A stretch of 64,000 bases of DNA, from the IMG/VR virus record IMGVR_UViG_3300038427_000078, one strand, 5' to 3'. Made by a program: the position numbers and the translations under genes. Numbering within the stretch: position 1 is the first letter of the stretch; each line of letters starts with the position of its first letter. Shown piece after piece: positions 1 to 9,383 of the stretch. The notes beneath the pieces are model-generated. The model saw only the letters and a program-made list of their open reading frames with translations, had not been told where the DNA came from and made no database searches. The stretch comes from a virus.

Positions 1-1
1 A

Positions 2-2602
2 GGGGAAGCGGGAGGCATCATCCCTGTCAACCAGGGTCCGTACGCCAACAAACAGTTCGAAGAAGAGGCCAAAAAGAAGTGGGCACAGGAACTCGCGGAA
101 GGCAAACGCAGCCAATCCGAAGTCGAACAGAAAGAAAAGTCACTCAAAGAAGAAGAAAAGGAAGCCGAAGACCGCGCGAAGAAGGCTACCGCCGCTCAGG
201 GTGCCTCGCCCAATACCAACACACCCAACCCATTCTCGAACCCGCTCGAAGCTGGCAACGGCACAGGCGGCAAGCCACAGGTCATCGGTGACGACGGGTC
301 ATTCAAGAAGCTCCTGTGGGCCATCCTCTACTACATGGCCGACTGGAAAGACGAGAACATCTACATCGAGGAAATCCCACCGGGCGTGCCGGAACTGATC
401 GCCGCACTGTGGGCTGACTTCAACTCAGGCGAACGCCAGGAAGGACTCAAGGACTTGAAGGCGTTCTGGTCTGCTATCATCGGCGTGGGTGCCAAGGGCA
501 GCGGTGGCGGGGCAGGCAACCCAGCCAACAAAGGAGGCAGCACCAAAACGGGTGACCTCACCGGCCTCAGTGAAATCATCGAAACGATGTCACAGACGGC
601 TGAAAAATACGGCCTGCCTGCGAAGTTCGTCATCACCACATCACTGTGTGAGTGCAGCTTCAACCAGGCGGAGATTACCTCCAAGAACTCAGACGGTGCT
701 ACTGGCTGGTTCCAGTTCACATCGAGCGAACCGTATCCTGGCATCAAAGTGAACTACCCAAGCGATGCCGAAGACACGGGCCTAGCCACGGCTGCCTTCT
801 GTCAGGCCGCTGTGACCAAGGGTAACGCACTCGCCGGTGGTAAAGGACTGCCGCCTGAAAGCGAGTGGCAGCATTGGGCCGAGGAAACTCAGGTCGCTGG
901 TAACGGAGCTTACGACCCAAGCTGGTCCCGCTGCGAGGCTCAGGCCGAAGGGTACCTACAGCAGTACAAACCGAAGAAGGCCGAAGGCAAGGAAGGTGGC
1001 TCTACCAGCGAACGAGGCAAGGTGGGTGAAGGTGAAACCAACAAGACAAGCTCATCCAGCAAAACACGCATCAAGGCGATGGAAGAAGAGGCCGACACCA
1101 TTGACTCCTTGAAGTACCCATACTCCTACGGCGGTGGTCACGCTAGCGCGGGTCGCCCAAGCATCGGTCCGGAACATGAGAACGGCGAAGGCCCGATGGT
1201 CCTTGGCTTCGACTGCTCAGGCTCCGTGGGCGCGGTGCTCGCTGCGGGAGGCTTCGTGCCTGAAAACAGTGCGATCCCCGCTTCGGGTGGGTTCAGTGGA
1301 CTCAACATTCCTGGCTGGTCGGCAGGTGAATCCACCAGCAGCCCTAGCGTCAACGTCTTCTTCAACGAAACCCACGCCTGGATGACCATCAACGGTCGGT
1401 ACTTTAGCACAGGTTGGAACGACAACCCGAAGAGCGGGGCAGGATGGGGCACTACCAACCACGCAGAACAGCCAGAACCTCGCGACAGCTACACCGTGAT
1501 GCACCTATCAACTGCGTCACTGGAACAGACATACACGGGTCACAAGCCTCCTACTCTCACAGGTGAACCAGGCAGCCCTGCCGAAAAGCTCGTCGGTGAA
1601 ACCGAATCTTCGAACGTCATGGGCACGGCCACTGCCGCTTCCTTCCTGTCACAGATCGCCGCCCCGAACGCCGAAGAAAGGTTGCTAGCCGACGCCATCG
1701 GTGGACAGCGAGCGCTCATGAACACGACGCCGGTGCTCGACCTAGTGGAACAGGTCTGCCAGTCATCGCTCCGCAGCTTCATGTCACTTCCGAACGGGGA
1801 CTTCTACGCCTTCTACCCGGACTACTTCGGAGAATTCGGTCACCACGAACCGTATTGGGCCATCAAAAACATCGAGGTCCAGTCGGGCACAGTGGAACTC
1901 ACAGACAGCAACCTCATCACCCACTACTTCGCCGTGGGCGATGTGTCATGGCCGGGTACCGTCACCTTCATCAACGACCTGTACGCAGGTGCCATGACTG
2001 TGTATGAAGCCTTCCAGCCTGGGATCCTACTCCACAACGAAAAGCCTGCCACCAAGGGCAACGAACCAGAAAAAGGGAGGGCCAACGGCAACACCAACGC
2101 AGCCATCGCCTTCCTCAAGCGCTATGGTGCGCGTCCTGCGAAACACGAATACAACATGGTGTTCTCCGCGCTGTTCGATCAGTTGCTTGCGTACCAGCAG
2201 TTCCTCCTCGGCTGGTCCCGACAGTTCCAGAGTTCGTTCCACTTCACATTCATGCCTGAGTTGTTCCCTGGCGGCAAGGTCGCTTTCCCGGAGACTGGCA
2301 TCAAGATGTACGTGGAAGAAGTCACGCACGCCTGGGACATCACGGACACCGGGTACGAGACATCTGCCGTCCTCTCCGCTCCGTCCATCTTCCGCAACAC
2401 GGAAAACACAGAGGCCATCAACGAACTGCCTGAAAACATGGTCGAGGCATTGATCGAGCCGCTACGCAACCAGATCGGCAAACCAACCAAACCGACCGAA
2501 CCTCCTCACACCCCAACCTCCCCCATCATCAAAACGAGGGAAGAAGCCCGCAACAAGGCGTTCGGTCCGGGAATTGGACTAGCGAACACATTGGTCGAAT
2601 GA
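2..2602 (+). CDS. Baseplate hub/tail-associated lysin (lytic transglycosylase-like + NlpC/P60), 5'-partial
   Basis: Frame is open from window start to the 335 ATG. SLT-like 'CECSFN...ATGWFQF'; NlpC/P60 'YSYGGGH...FDCSG...H'; hub-like C-terminus 'FMPELFPGGKV...YVEEVTH'. Confidence 0.75.
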   Translation, partial: GEAGGIIPVNQGPYANKQFEEEAKKKWAQELAEGKRSQSEVEQKEKSLKEEEKEAEDRAKKATAAQGASPNTNTPNPFSNPLEAGNGTGGKPQVIGDDGSFKKLLWAILYYMADWKDENIYIEEIPPGVPELIAALWADFNSGERQEGLKDLKAFWSAIIGVGAKGSGGGAGNPANKGGSTKTGDLTGLSEIIETMSQTAEKYGLPAKFVITTSLCECSFNQAEITSKNSDGATGWFQFTSSEPYPGIKVNYPSDAEDTGLATAAFCQAAVTKGNALAGGKGLPPESEWQHWAEETQVAGNGAYDPSWSRCEAQAEGYLQQYKPKKAEGKEGGSTSERGKVGEGETNKTSSSSKTRIKAMEEEADTIDSLKYPYSYGGGHASAGRPSIGPEHENGEGPMVLGFDCSGSVGAVLAAGGFVPENSAIPASGGFSGLNIPGWSAGESTSSPSVNVFFNETHAWMTINGRYFSTGWNDNPKSGAGWGTTNHAEQPEPRDSYTVMHLSTASLEQTYTGHKPPTLTGEPGSPAEKLVGETESSNVMGTATAASFLSQIAAPNAEERLLADAIGGQRALMNTTPVLDLVEQVCQSSLRSFMSLPNGDFYAFYPDYFGEFGHHEPYWAIKNIEVQSGTVELTDSNLITHYFAVGDVSWPGTVTFINDLYAGAMTVYEAFQPGILLHNEKPATKGNEPEKGRANGNTNAAIAFLKRYGARPAKHEYNMVFSALFDQLLAYQQFLLGWSRQFQSSFHFTFMPELFPGGKVAFPETGIKMYVEEVTHAWDITDTGYETSAVLSAPSIFRNTENTEAINELPENMVEALIEPLRNQIGKPTKPTEPPHTPTSPIIKTREEARNKAFGPGIGLANTLVE

Positions 2603-2603
2603 C

Positions 2604-2930
2604 ATGGCACCCATCCAGAACATGCACAGAGTGAACAAGAAGGGGGCTAAGATCCTCACGGTGGAACCTGCTACGCAGACCATCCATGCAAGCCTGGGCG
2701 CAGGCCAGGTCGTGCCCGTCAACATGTATACTTACACGCCGGTTGTCCGCTGGCCGAAAGTGGGAGAGACATGGTGGCTACGAGAAGAGAACGGATCGTG
2801 GTTCCTTGACAGCGTTCAGGAGCAGCAGGCAGAAACCTTCCCCGACTATGCACCAGACGGAGCGTATGCGGAAGGCGCTGTGGTAAAATTTGAAGGGAAG
2901 CATTTCTCACTCGGAGAGATAATCGACTGA
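2604..2930 (+). CDS. Putative baseplate spike-like/small baseplate protein
   Basis: Position after hub; OB-like 'PKVGETWWL'; C-terminal CBM5/12-like 'Y...AY..G.VVKFEGKHF'. Confidence 0.5.
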   Translation: MAPIQNMHRVNKKGAKILTVEPATQTIHASLGAGQVVPVNMYTYTPVVRWPKVGETWWLREENGSWFLDSVQEQQAETFPDYAPDGAYAEGAVVKFEGKHFSLGEIID

Positions 2931-3796
2931 TGCCCAAAGAACTACCTATCCCTGGACCCCCACCCAACGAACCGTGGTCACTGTTCAAAGTAGTCCTAGT
3001 GCGACCCGGAGATGCGGTCATCTCTGCCTCTTCGGGGCGCATCCTACAGAACAAGAACAGCTACCTCACCGAAGTCCCTAATGGGCTGCGCGTGCCATGG
3101 TTTCCTACCGCCTTCGCAGGCAGCTTCGAAAACGTATGGAACAAAGAAACTAGCGAAGAGGTCACGAATAGGCTCGAACAGATTTGCACCATTGTCAATG
3201 ACCTCCGCGCATGTGTCATGGCCTACAACATGGTCGAAAAAAAGGAAGAAGTCGATCCCGAAGCTCACTTCCATGTTCGCACGGGCGAGCACCTGGATGC
3301 CCTACACGGGCCGGGTACCGCTGCGGCATTCGCGGATCGCATGGACCTCACCAAGACCTTTCCTGGTACACAGGCGGCGGTCGCAGAACGCATCCACAAG
3401 AACGGAGCCACCGTGGTCGAAACCGTCTGGACAAAGCAGGGTAAGCGGATCGCTGCTCTTAGGCTCCATCTCACCAAGGAGAGAGCGCATTATGACCGCC
3501 TCGAAGTCGAGCCTGAGTACCGAGGCAAGGGCTTCTACTCAGCGCTGATCCGTAGGCCGTCGTGGTGGAGGGAACTTGGAGTCAAGATCATCACCGCCCA
3601 GCCAGAAAACGAACGTTCTGAGCACGCGCTAGCGCTGGGCGGACTCCACTGGCAGGACTTTGAAGGCGAGCCTGTCTTTGGCGCACGGCTTGACCAGAGA
3701 GACAGAATGGACGACTATCGCGAGTGGCTAGCGACCGGCAAGGATCCCGATCAGGAACCAGAGTGGCGTCGAGAACTGCGCCTTCCAACCATGTAA
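2930..3796 (+). CDS. Protein with C-terminal GNAT acetyltransferase-like domain
   Basis: Acetyl-CoA motif A 'LEVEPEYRGKGFYSALI'; translationally coupled (TGATG). Confidence 0.6.
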   Translation: MPKELPIPGPPPNEPWSLFKVVLVRPGDAVISASSGRILQNKNSYLTEVPNGLRVPWFPTAFAGSFENVWNKETSEEVTNRLEQICTIVNDLRACVMAYNMVEKKEEVDPEAHFHVRTGEHLDALHGPGTAAAFADRMDLTKTFPGTQAAVAERIHKNGATVVETVWTKQGKRIAALRLHLTKERAHYDRLEVEPEYRGKGFYSALIRRPSWWRELGVKIITAQPENERSEHALALGGLHWQDFEGEPVFGARLDQRDRMDDYREWLATGKDPDQEPEWRRELRLPTM

Positions 3797-3802
3797 TAGA
3801 CG

Positions 3803-4261
3803 ATGAGCTTTTCGTTGAAGATAGAACACGGCGACCTGGCCCTCAACGGCACGGAACTAGCTAAGGTCGAAGGGGCCGACAAGCTACAGCAGGATCTTTC
3901 TGTCGCCATCCTGACGCCGCTGGGCTTCGATGAACTACACCCGCTGTTCGGGTCCATCCTGGTCGAAAACCTCATCGACAACGGCATCGTAGACATCATC
4001 GGGACGCAGAACTTCCGACGTGCAGCCACCCTCGTCAATGCCGAGCTACGCCGCCTCTGCCGCAATTACCAGGAACAGCAGATCAACCGCAACCAGAGCG
4101 ATGTGATCCGCTTCGGTCGCCACACGCTGACCCCGGATGAGATTCTGGTATCCGTCAAGAACGTCGCTTTCAAGCAGGCCGAAGACCATCTCATCTGCGA
4201 ACTCTCCCTCGAAATCGGCACCGAAACGGTGTCAATCCCCGTTCCGATCCCTAATAGCTGA
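3803..4261 (+). CDS. Baseplate wedge protein (gp25/W-like)
   Basis: 'KLQQDL...LTPLG...HPLFGS' pattern, directly upstream of baseplate J. Confidence 0.75.
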   Translation: MSFSLKIEHGDLALNGTELAKVEGADKLQQDLSVAILTPLGFDELHPLFGSILVENLIDNGIVDIIGTQNFRRAATLVNAELRRLCRNYQEQQINRNQSDVIRFGRHTLTPDEILVSVKNVAFKQAEDHLICELSLEIGTETVSIPVPIPNS

Positions 4262-6963
4262 TGCCCGTACGTAGCCAACTCCAAATCGCAGAACAGATGG
4301 TCGCGCAGATCCGTCTGCTTGAACCTTCTGTCTCAGCCGAAGTAGGCACCCCGGAGCGCTTGATCCTCGACACCGTGTCGGGAGCTATCTCCGAAGACTC
4401 CATCGACCTCGTTGGTCTACAGCAAGCCCTCAACGTAGACACCAAGTACGGCGTCAACCTCACCAACTTCCTCAGCATCTTCGGCTTCGCGAGACAGGAA
4501 GCGACCAAGGCCACCGGCTACGTCGAATTCACCGTGAGCAGTCCTGGCACTCGCACCGTTCTGATCCCGGAAGGGACGCTCGTCAAGTCTAGCGAAGCGA
4601 CCGAACTTGAAGGTCTGGTGCCGGAATTCGCGACTCTCGCCTCAGCTTACATCAGACCCGGTGAAACCACCACGGGTCCGGTGCCTGTCGAATGTACCCG
4701 CCCTGGTGCGTTCGGCAACGTAGCGGCGAACAAAATCACGGTGTTCACGACGCCAGAACTCGGTCCGCTCCTCGGCGTCACGGCGGTCACCAACCCAACT
4801 CCGACCACCCACGGCACCGAACAGGAGAACGACAACAGCCTCAAGACCCGATTCAAGAACACGGTGTTCAGGAACATGTCGGGTACCGAAGACCAGTTCC
4901 TCGCCCTCTCGGTAGCTACCTCCTTCACCACCAAGGCCAACGTCGTCGGTCCTGTCTCTACGTACCAAGAGTACGTGCAGGTACCGCAGAACGAAGAACA
5001 CCCGCTTACTGGCGATGACACTACCGCGATCCGCTACGGCGGAGAAGGCAGCGCCGCCTACGTAGGTTTCCCTGCTCCCATCGTAGTCCGAGGCAACACG
5101 GTGGAAGGCTCATTCATCCTGACCATCAAAGACACAACCGGAGTCACACCCGGACAGGCTGTCGTGGTCTACGAAGAAGGCGACAACCCTCGTCCGAGCA
5201 CTACAACCACAGTCGAAGAAGTTGTCTCGACCACCGAAATCAAACTCGCGGCGAAAGCCAAAGCCACAGTGAACGATGGATGGGTTACCATCGGCACGAC
5301 CTCTGACACACCGTACATCAACAGGTGGACCAGCGGCCTCTCCACCAACCCGTACGCCAAGGAAGTATTCCCGGAACTTCCGGTGTTCATCTCTACGGCT
5401 GCGGCTGGACTCGGCAAACGGTTCTTCCGCGAGGGCGCAGACTTCGTGTTCAACTTCCCACCGAAGCTCGCCGGGGATACCTACCGTGCGATGCTCGATG
5501 GCACAGGCAACGACCCTCGCGTGGGCGAAGGATCGAAACAGCCGAACGTGACCTTCATCAATGTGTACGTCGGCAGCGAACCACCGGCAGAAGTGCTAGC
5601 TCCTGGTACCGTGGCGCTGCTCGAATACTCATACACGTCTAGGGCTTCCCGCAACAACCCGGAACACAATGTCACGAACGCGGTCGATGTGTTCATCGAT
5701 GGTCAGAACGTACAGCAGACCTCCACAGTGTTCACTGTCCCACTGTCCCCGACCGAATTCGCGTTTGTCGATGAACCCGTGAGCAAGTTCTACTACGAGA
5801 ACTACCGCCGTGCCGGTGAGCCAGCCACCCGTCCGGTCGAGGGTGACATCCTAACTCAGCTATTCAACCAGCCGGTGCTAGGGATCCCGCCACAGATCAC
5901 CATCGAGGAAGACGTGTTCTACTTGGGCGTTCACTACTGGCTGGTGAAGGATGTCTCGTCACTCTCTGGCACCATCCGAGCACGCGACGGCATCGAGTGG
6001 AGCGCGTACATCAACGGTGACAAAAAAGGCGCACTCGGTCGCCCGAACCCTGGCAAAGAACTTGCCTACAGCGGCAAGAAGTTCGCGGAACTCGAAGCAT
6101 CGAAAGCCGGTGTCCCGCAGCTTATCGACATCGAAACCTACACCTACGACAAGAACATACCTGACTTGCAGGTTGCCCTCGAAGGTGCGAAACAGGTCAC
6201 CACGGATGTCCTCGCCCACAGCGCTCGCAAACGCTACTTCAAGCTCGACATCACGGTGGTCTACTCAGCTACCGCGTCGGTGACAGCCGTCAACGAAAAC
6301 ATCCAGAAAGCCATCTCTCGATTCCTATCCAACCAATACTTCGGAGCAGTCGTCCGCCTCTCGGATCTGTTGCAACAGATCCACGGAGTTGCCGGTGTCG
6401 AAAACGTCCGCTGGTCCAACGATGTTCCTCACACGCGCGACCTTATCCGGGTCTACGAGACTGACATCGAAGGCGCTCCGCTACGCGGCGTGTTCACTGA
6501 CCGGATCCAGTACGGCGGCGGAGGTAGCAAAGCAATCGATACCCTCTACGTCGTCGGCAACCCAACCGAAGGCGAGTTCGCTCTGAAATACGGAGGAGCA
6601 GAACCATCACCAATCGTACACGTTGCATCCTTTACTGCCGCCTCCCTTGAAACCGCGATCAACGGTGGATGGCTGCCGGGTGGATGGACGGCCACAGTCG
6701 AAGAAGACATCCGCTCAACCGTTGGTGTGCTGTCTCCGATCCGTTCCTTCCGCATCACCTACAGCAAAACCGAAAAACTGGCCGAGCCAGTCACGATCTA
6801 CAACCCGGAAAGCCCGTTGCAGGGTGGTGAATATGTCTACGACTTCGACTTCTACCTCCACGACGACGAGCTACCCGCACTACCCACTGGCACACAGAAA
6901 GGCGACACAGTACCCGGATTGATCATCCGTGCCCGCGCACAGAACGTCTTTGAGAAGGCTTGA
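4261..6963 (+). CDS. Baseplate J-like protein
   Basis: 'FGFARQEATKATGYVEF...IPEGT...VECTRPGAFGNV...VTNP...GTEQEND..LKTR' typical of baseplate J. Confidence 0.85.
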   Translation: MPVRSQLQIAEQMVAQIRLLEPSVSAEVGTPERLILDTVSGAISEDSIDLVGLQQALNVDTKYGVNLTNFLSIFGFARQEATKATGYVEFTVSSPGTRTVLIPEGTLVKSSEATELEGLVPEFATLASAYIRPGETTTGPVPVECTRPGAFGNVAANKITVFTTPELGPLLGVTAVTNPTPTTHGTEQENDNSLKTRFKNTVFRNMSGTEDQFLALSVATSFTTKANVVGPVSTYQEYVQVPQNEEHPLTGDDTTAIRYGGEGSAAYVGFPAPIVVRGNTVEGSFILTIKDTTGVTPGQAVVVYEEGDNPRPSTTTTVEEVVSTTEIKLAAKAKATVNDGWVTIGTTSDTPYINRWTSGLSTNPYAKEVFPELPVFISTAAAGLGKRFFREGADFVFNFPPKLAGDTYRAMLDGTGNDPRVGEGSKQPNVTFINVYVGSEPPAEVLAPGTVALLEYSYTSRASRNNPEHNVTNAVDVFIDGQNVQQTSTVFTVPLSPTEFAFVDEPVSKFYYENYRRAGEPATRPVEGDILTQLFNQPVLGIPPQITIEEDVFYLGVHYWLVKDVSSLSGTIRARDGIEWSAYINGDKKGALGRPNPGKELAYSGKKFAELEASKAGVPQLIDIETYTYDKNIPDLQVALEGAKQVTTDVLAHSARKRYFKLDITVVYSATASVTAVNENIQKAISRFLSNQYFGAVVRLSDLLQQIHGVAGVENVRWSNDVPHTRDLIRVYETDIEGAPLRGVFTDRIQYGGGGSKAIDTLYVVGNPTEGEFALKYGGAEPSPIVHVASFTAASLETAINGGWLPGGWTATVEEDIRSTVGVLSPIRSFRITYSKTEKLAEPVTIYNPESPLQGGEYVYDFDFYLHDDELPALPTGTQKGDTVPGLIIRARAQNVFEKA

Positions 6964-6969
6964 TCTGCC

Positions 6970-7386
6970 ATGAGCGAACGAGCTATTCTAACGGCATACC
7001 GACGAGGAGAGACTGTCGCCTCTATGGTCAATCGACTTGGCACAAGTCGGTACGCAATATACAAGGCGATCAATCGTCATGATGTATCAAAACGCAAAGC
7101 AGCAAAGCAACCCGATTGGCCGGAGTCTGGTCACGGAAAATGGGTTGATAAACAAGGCTATGTCACAGTTTGGTATCGGGGTAAGCCAAGACGAGAGCAC
7201 CGTTGCGTCATGGAAGTAGCCCTCGGTAGGAGACTTCTCAAGTCAGAGACAGTGCATCATGTCAATGGGGATCGATCAGACAATCGCATCGAGAACCTAC
7301 AACTACGACAAGGACATCATGGCCCTGGCGTGGTAATGTGCTGTGCAGAGTGCGGTTCGCATAACCTTCGTCCAACGGAGGCGTGA
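6970..7386 (+). CDS. HNH homing endonuclease
   Basis: 'EHRCVME..LGR.L...ETVHHVNGDRSDNRIENL'; lower GC than flanks. Confidence 0.9.
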   Translation: MSERAILTAYRRGETVASMVNRLGTSRYAIYKAINRHDVSKRKAAKQPDWPESGHGKWVDKQGYVTVWYRGKPRREHRCVMEVALGRRLLKSETVHHVNGDRSDNRIENLQLRQGHHGPGVVMCCAECGSHNLRPTEA

Positions 7387-9383
7387 TCATGACCGTACCC
7401 GCTAACGCAGTCACCACACCGGACGTTACCAACGAAATCGTCCAGCAGTTCTTCATCGAGGGACAGAGCACGGGCAAGTCCCCGCTCAACTACCTTGATC
7501 ACTTCCCGGAAACGGTGTGGAACAAGGGCATCCACACGCGACTCGTCGCGCTCATGTATACTCTCCTTGGTCCTTCGGGAGTAGGGTACCTCCGCCAGAA
7601 CTACCTAGAAGCCCGCATCGCCATCGAAAACAACGGGCTGAAAACGACCGAACTAGATGAACTCTACAACAACATCTTCTCATTCGCTCGCTTCGCCACC
7701 GAGGTCTACGAACAGGACACGGAGGGACTGCTCACCCAGGCGCAGTTCGAACAGGTACAGGAATCCGACAAAGCCTACCAGAACCGTGCGAAATCCTTCC
7801 TCGCCGCCACCCGCGCAGGAGGTACCATCCTCGGCATTGAACTCGCAGCCAAGTCAGGACTGCTCACTGCTGTAGAGGTCATCGAGAACTACAAGGCTCT
7901 CTACGACGAACACTCCGATGACCGGCTAGGCATCCAGTGGCAGGGCGTCACACGTTCAACCGAGGAGGTCATTCTCCTGCCTCGACAGGAACTCCCAACC
8001 AATGCGTTGCAGATACTCGACTTCACAGGTGAACTCCCGCCACTCACGGGTAGTTTCACACTGGCCTTCCCGCTAGCGGCTACGGAAACCGTCGAAAACG
8101 TGAGCCAGAACAACCCATCTACCGCAGAGCTTTCGTTCGAATCCGGGGCACACGAAATCCAGGAGGCGCTAGAAGCCCTTCCTGGTGTGGGCAATCTGAA
8201 CATCCATGTCACCGGAGGACCGCTGCCGAGCAAACCCATCGAAATCGAATTCACCAACGAGCTAGCCGACCGTGTGATCCCGCCGTTGCTGGTGACCAAA
8301 AACACCTGCGCGAACGCCGAAGAACTACAGGTCGTGCTAGAGATTGAACAGAAGATCGTGGGTGCATCCGCTGACGGTGGTGTCTCTACCATCCCTCCGG
8401 AAAACTGGCAGTACGCGGAGGTCGCGCTCAGGCAGATCAAGCCGGTCACCACCATCATCAGCCCCGGCAAAGCTCCGAGCGTTACCAAACGACAGGTGCC
8501 GAACAGCGTTGCCTCCGACTCTGAGTACGCCGAAGTGCTGCGATACGTCACAGGTTCACGCACGATCACCTGGCCTCCTCTCGACTCGACCCACTGGATT
8601 GAGGGTGGCGTGGAGAAGGAGGCACCACAGACCGTCAACGGTGGCTCGCAGCACTACCTCAACTTCCACAACATCAGCACCATCAAAGCATACACAGGAG
8701 AGGCGCTGCTAGACCCGGACTATGAAGAAGGCACCTACGCACCCTACCCGGATGAACACCACGGCATCTTCTCCGCAGAACAGCGAGCGCTCTACCCGTT
8801 CCTCAACGCCTTCAACGACCCGACGCATGTATTCGAAGCCAATGAAGCCGCTCCATCACCGTCACTGCCAGTGTTCAAAGAAGGCCCGTACATCGAAGGC
8901 GTCTATCCTCTGGACTACACCACTGCGCCCGGAGCCAAACCAGACTTCGTGGTAGCAAGCACCCGCATGTGGTCATCCGAAGAACACAATGAAGGATCAG
9001 ACATCTTGGAGATTGACTTCGGCACTGTGCAGGCGTGCAACTTCATCACGTTCGAAGCGTCGAACAAGCCGTACGAAATCAATGTAGCCTATGACCTACT
9101 CGATGCTTCGCCGGAACGCCACTTCGTTCCCGTCACCTTCTCAGAACCGCATGTTGCTCAGTCTGTGCTCAGCATCGGACATGAAACGAAAACCCCGAAC
9201 CCGTGGGTCGTCATCCCTCTCAACTTCGGCAACACCGCTGGCGGGATGATCTACACGCGCTTCATCCGCCTAGAGTTCACGAAGCGCACCACCGAAGGGT
9301 CGCCGTTCACCGGCCCGAACGGGGAACTCAAACCGTTCAGTATCGAGGTCCGTAGCCTAAGAATTGGAAGGAACGTGTCATGA
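7383..9383 (+). CDS. Baseplate/tail structural protein
   Basis: 666-aa ORF in tail module with phage codon usage; position of wedge protein after J. Confidence 0.65.
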   Translation: MIMTVPANAVTTPDVTNEIVQQFFIEGQSTGKSPLNYLDHFPETVWNKGIHTRLVALMYTLLGPSGVGYLRQNYLEARIAIENNGLKTTELDELYNNIFSFARFATEVYEQDTEGLLTQAQFEQVQESDKAYQNRAKSFLAATRAGGTILGIELAAKSGLLTAVEVIENYKALYDEHSDDRLGIQWQGVTRSTEEVILLPRQELPTNALQILDFTGELPPLTGSFTLAFPLAATETVENVSQNNPSTAELSFESGAHEIQEALEALPGVGNLNIHVTGGPLPSKPIEIEFTNELADRVIPPLLVTKNTCANAEELQVVLEIEQKIVGASADGGVSTIPPENWQYAEVALRQIKPVTTIISPGKAPSVTKRQVPNSVASDSEYAEVLRYVTGSRTITWPPLDSTHWIEGGVEKEAPQTVNGGSQHYLNFHNISTIKAYTGEALLDPDYEEGTYAPYPDEHHGIFSAEQRALYPFLNAFNDPTHVFEANEAAPSPSLPVFKEGPYIEGVYPLDYTTAPGAKPDFVVASTRMWSSEEHNEGSDILEIDFGTVQACNFITFEASNKPYEINVAYDLLDASPERHFVPVTFSEPHVAQSVLSIGHETKTPNPWVVIPLNFGNTAGGMIYTRFIRLEFTKRTTEGSPFTGPNGELKPFSIEVRSLRIGRNVS

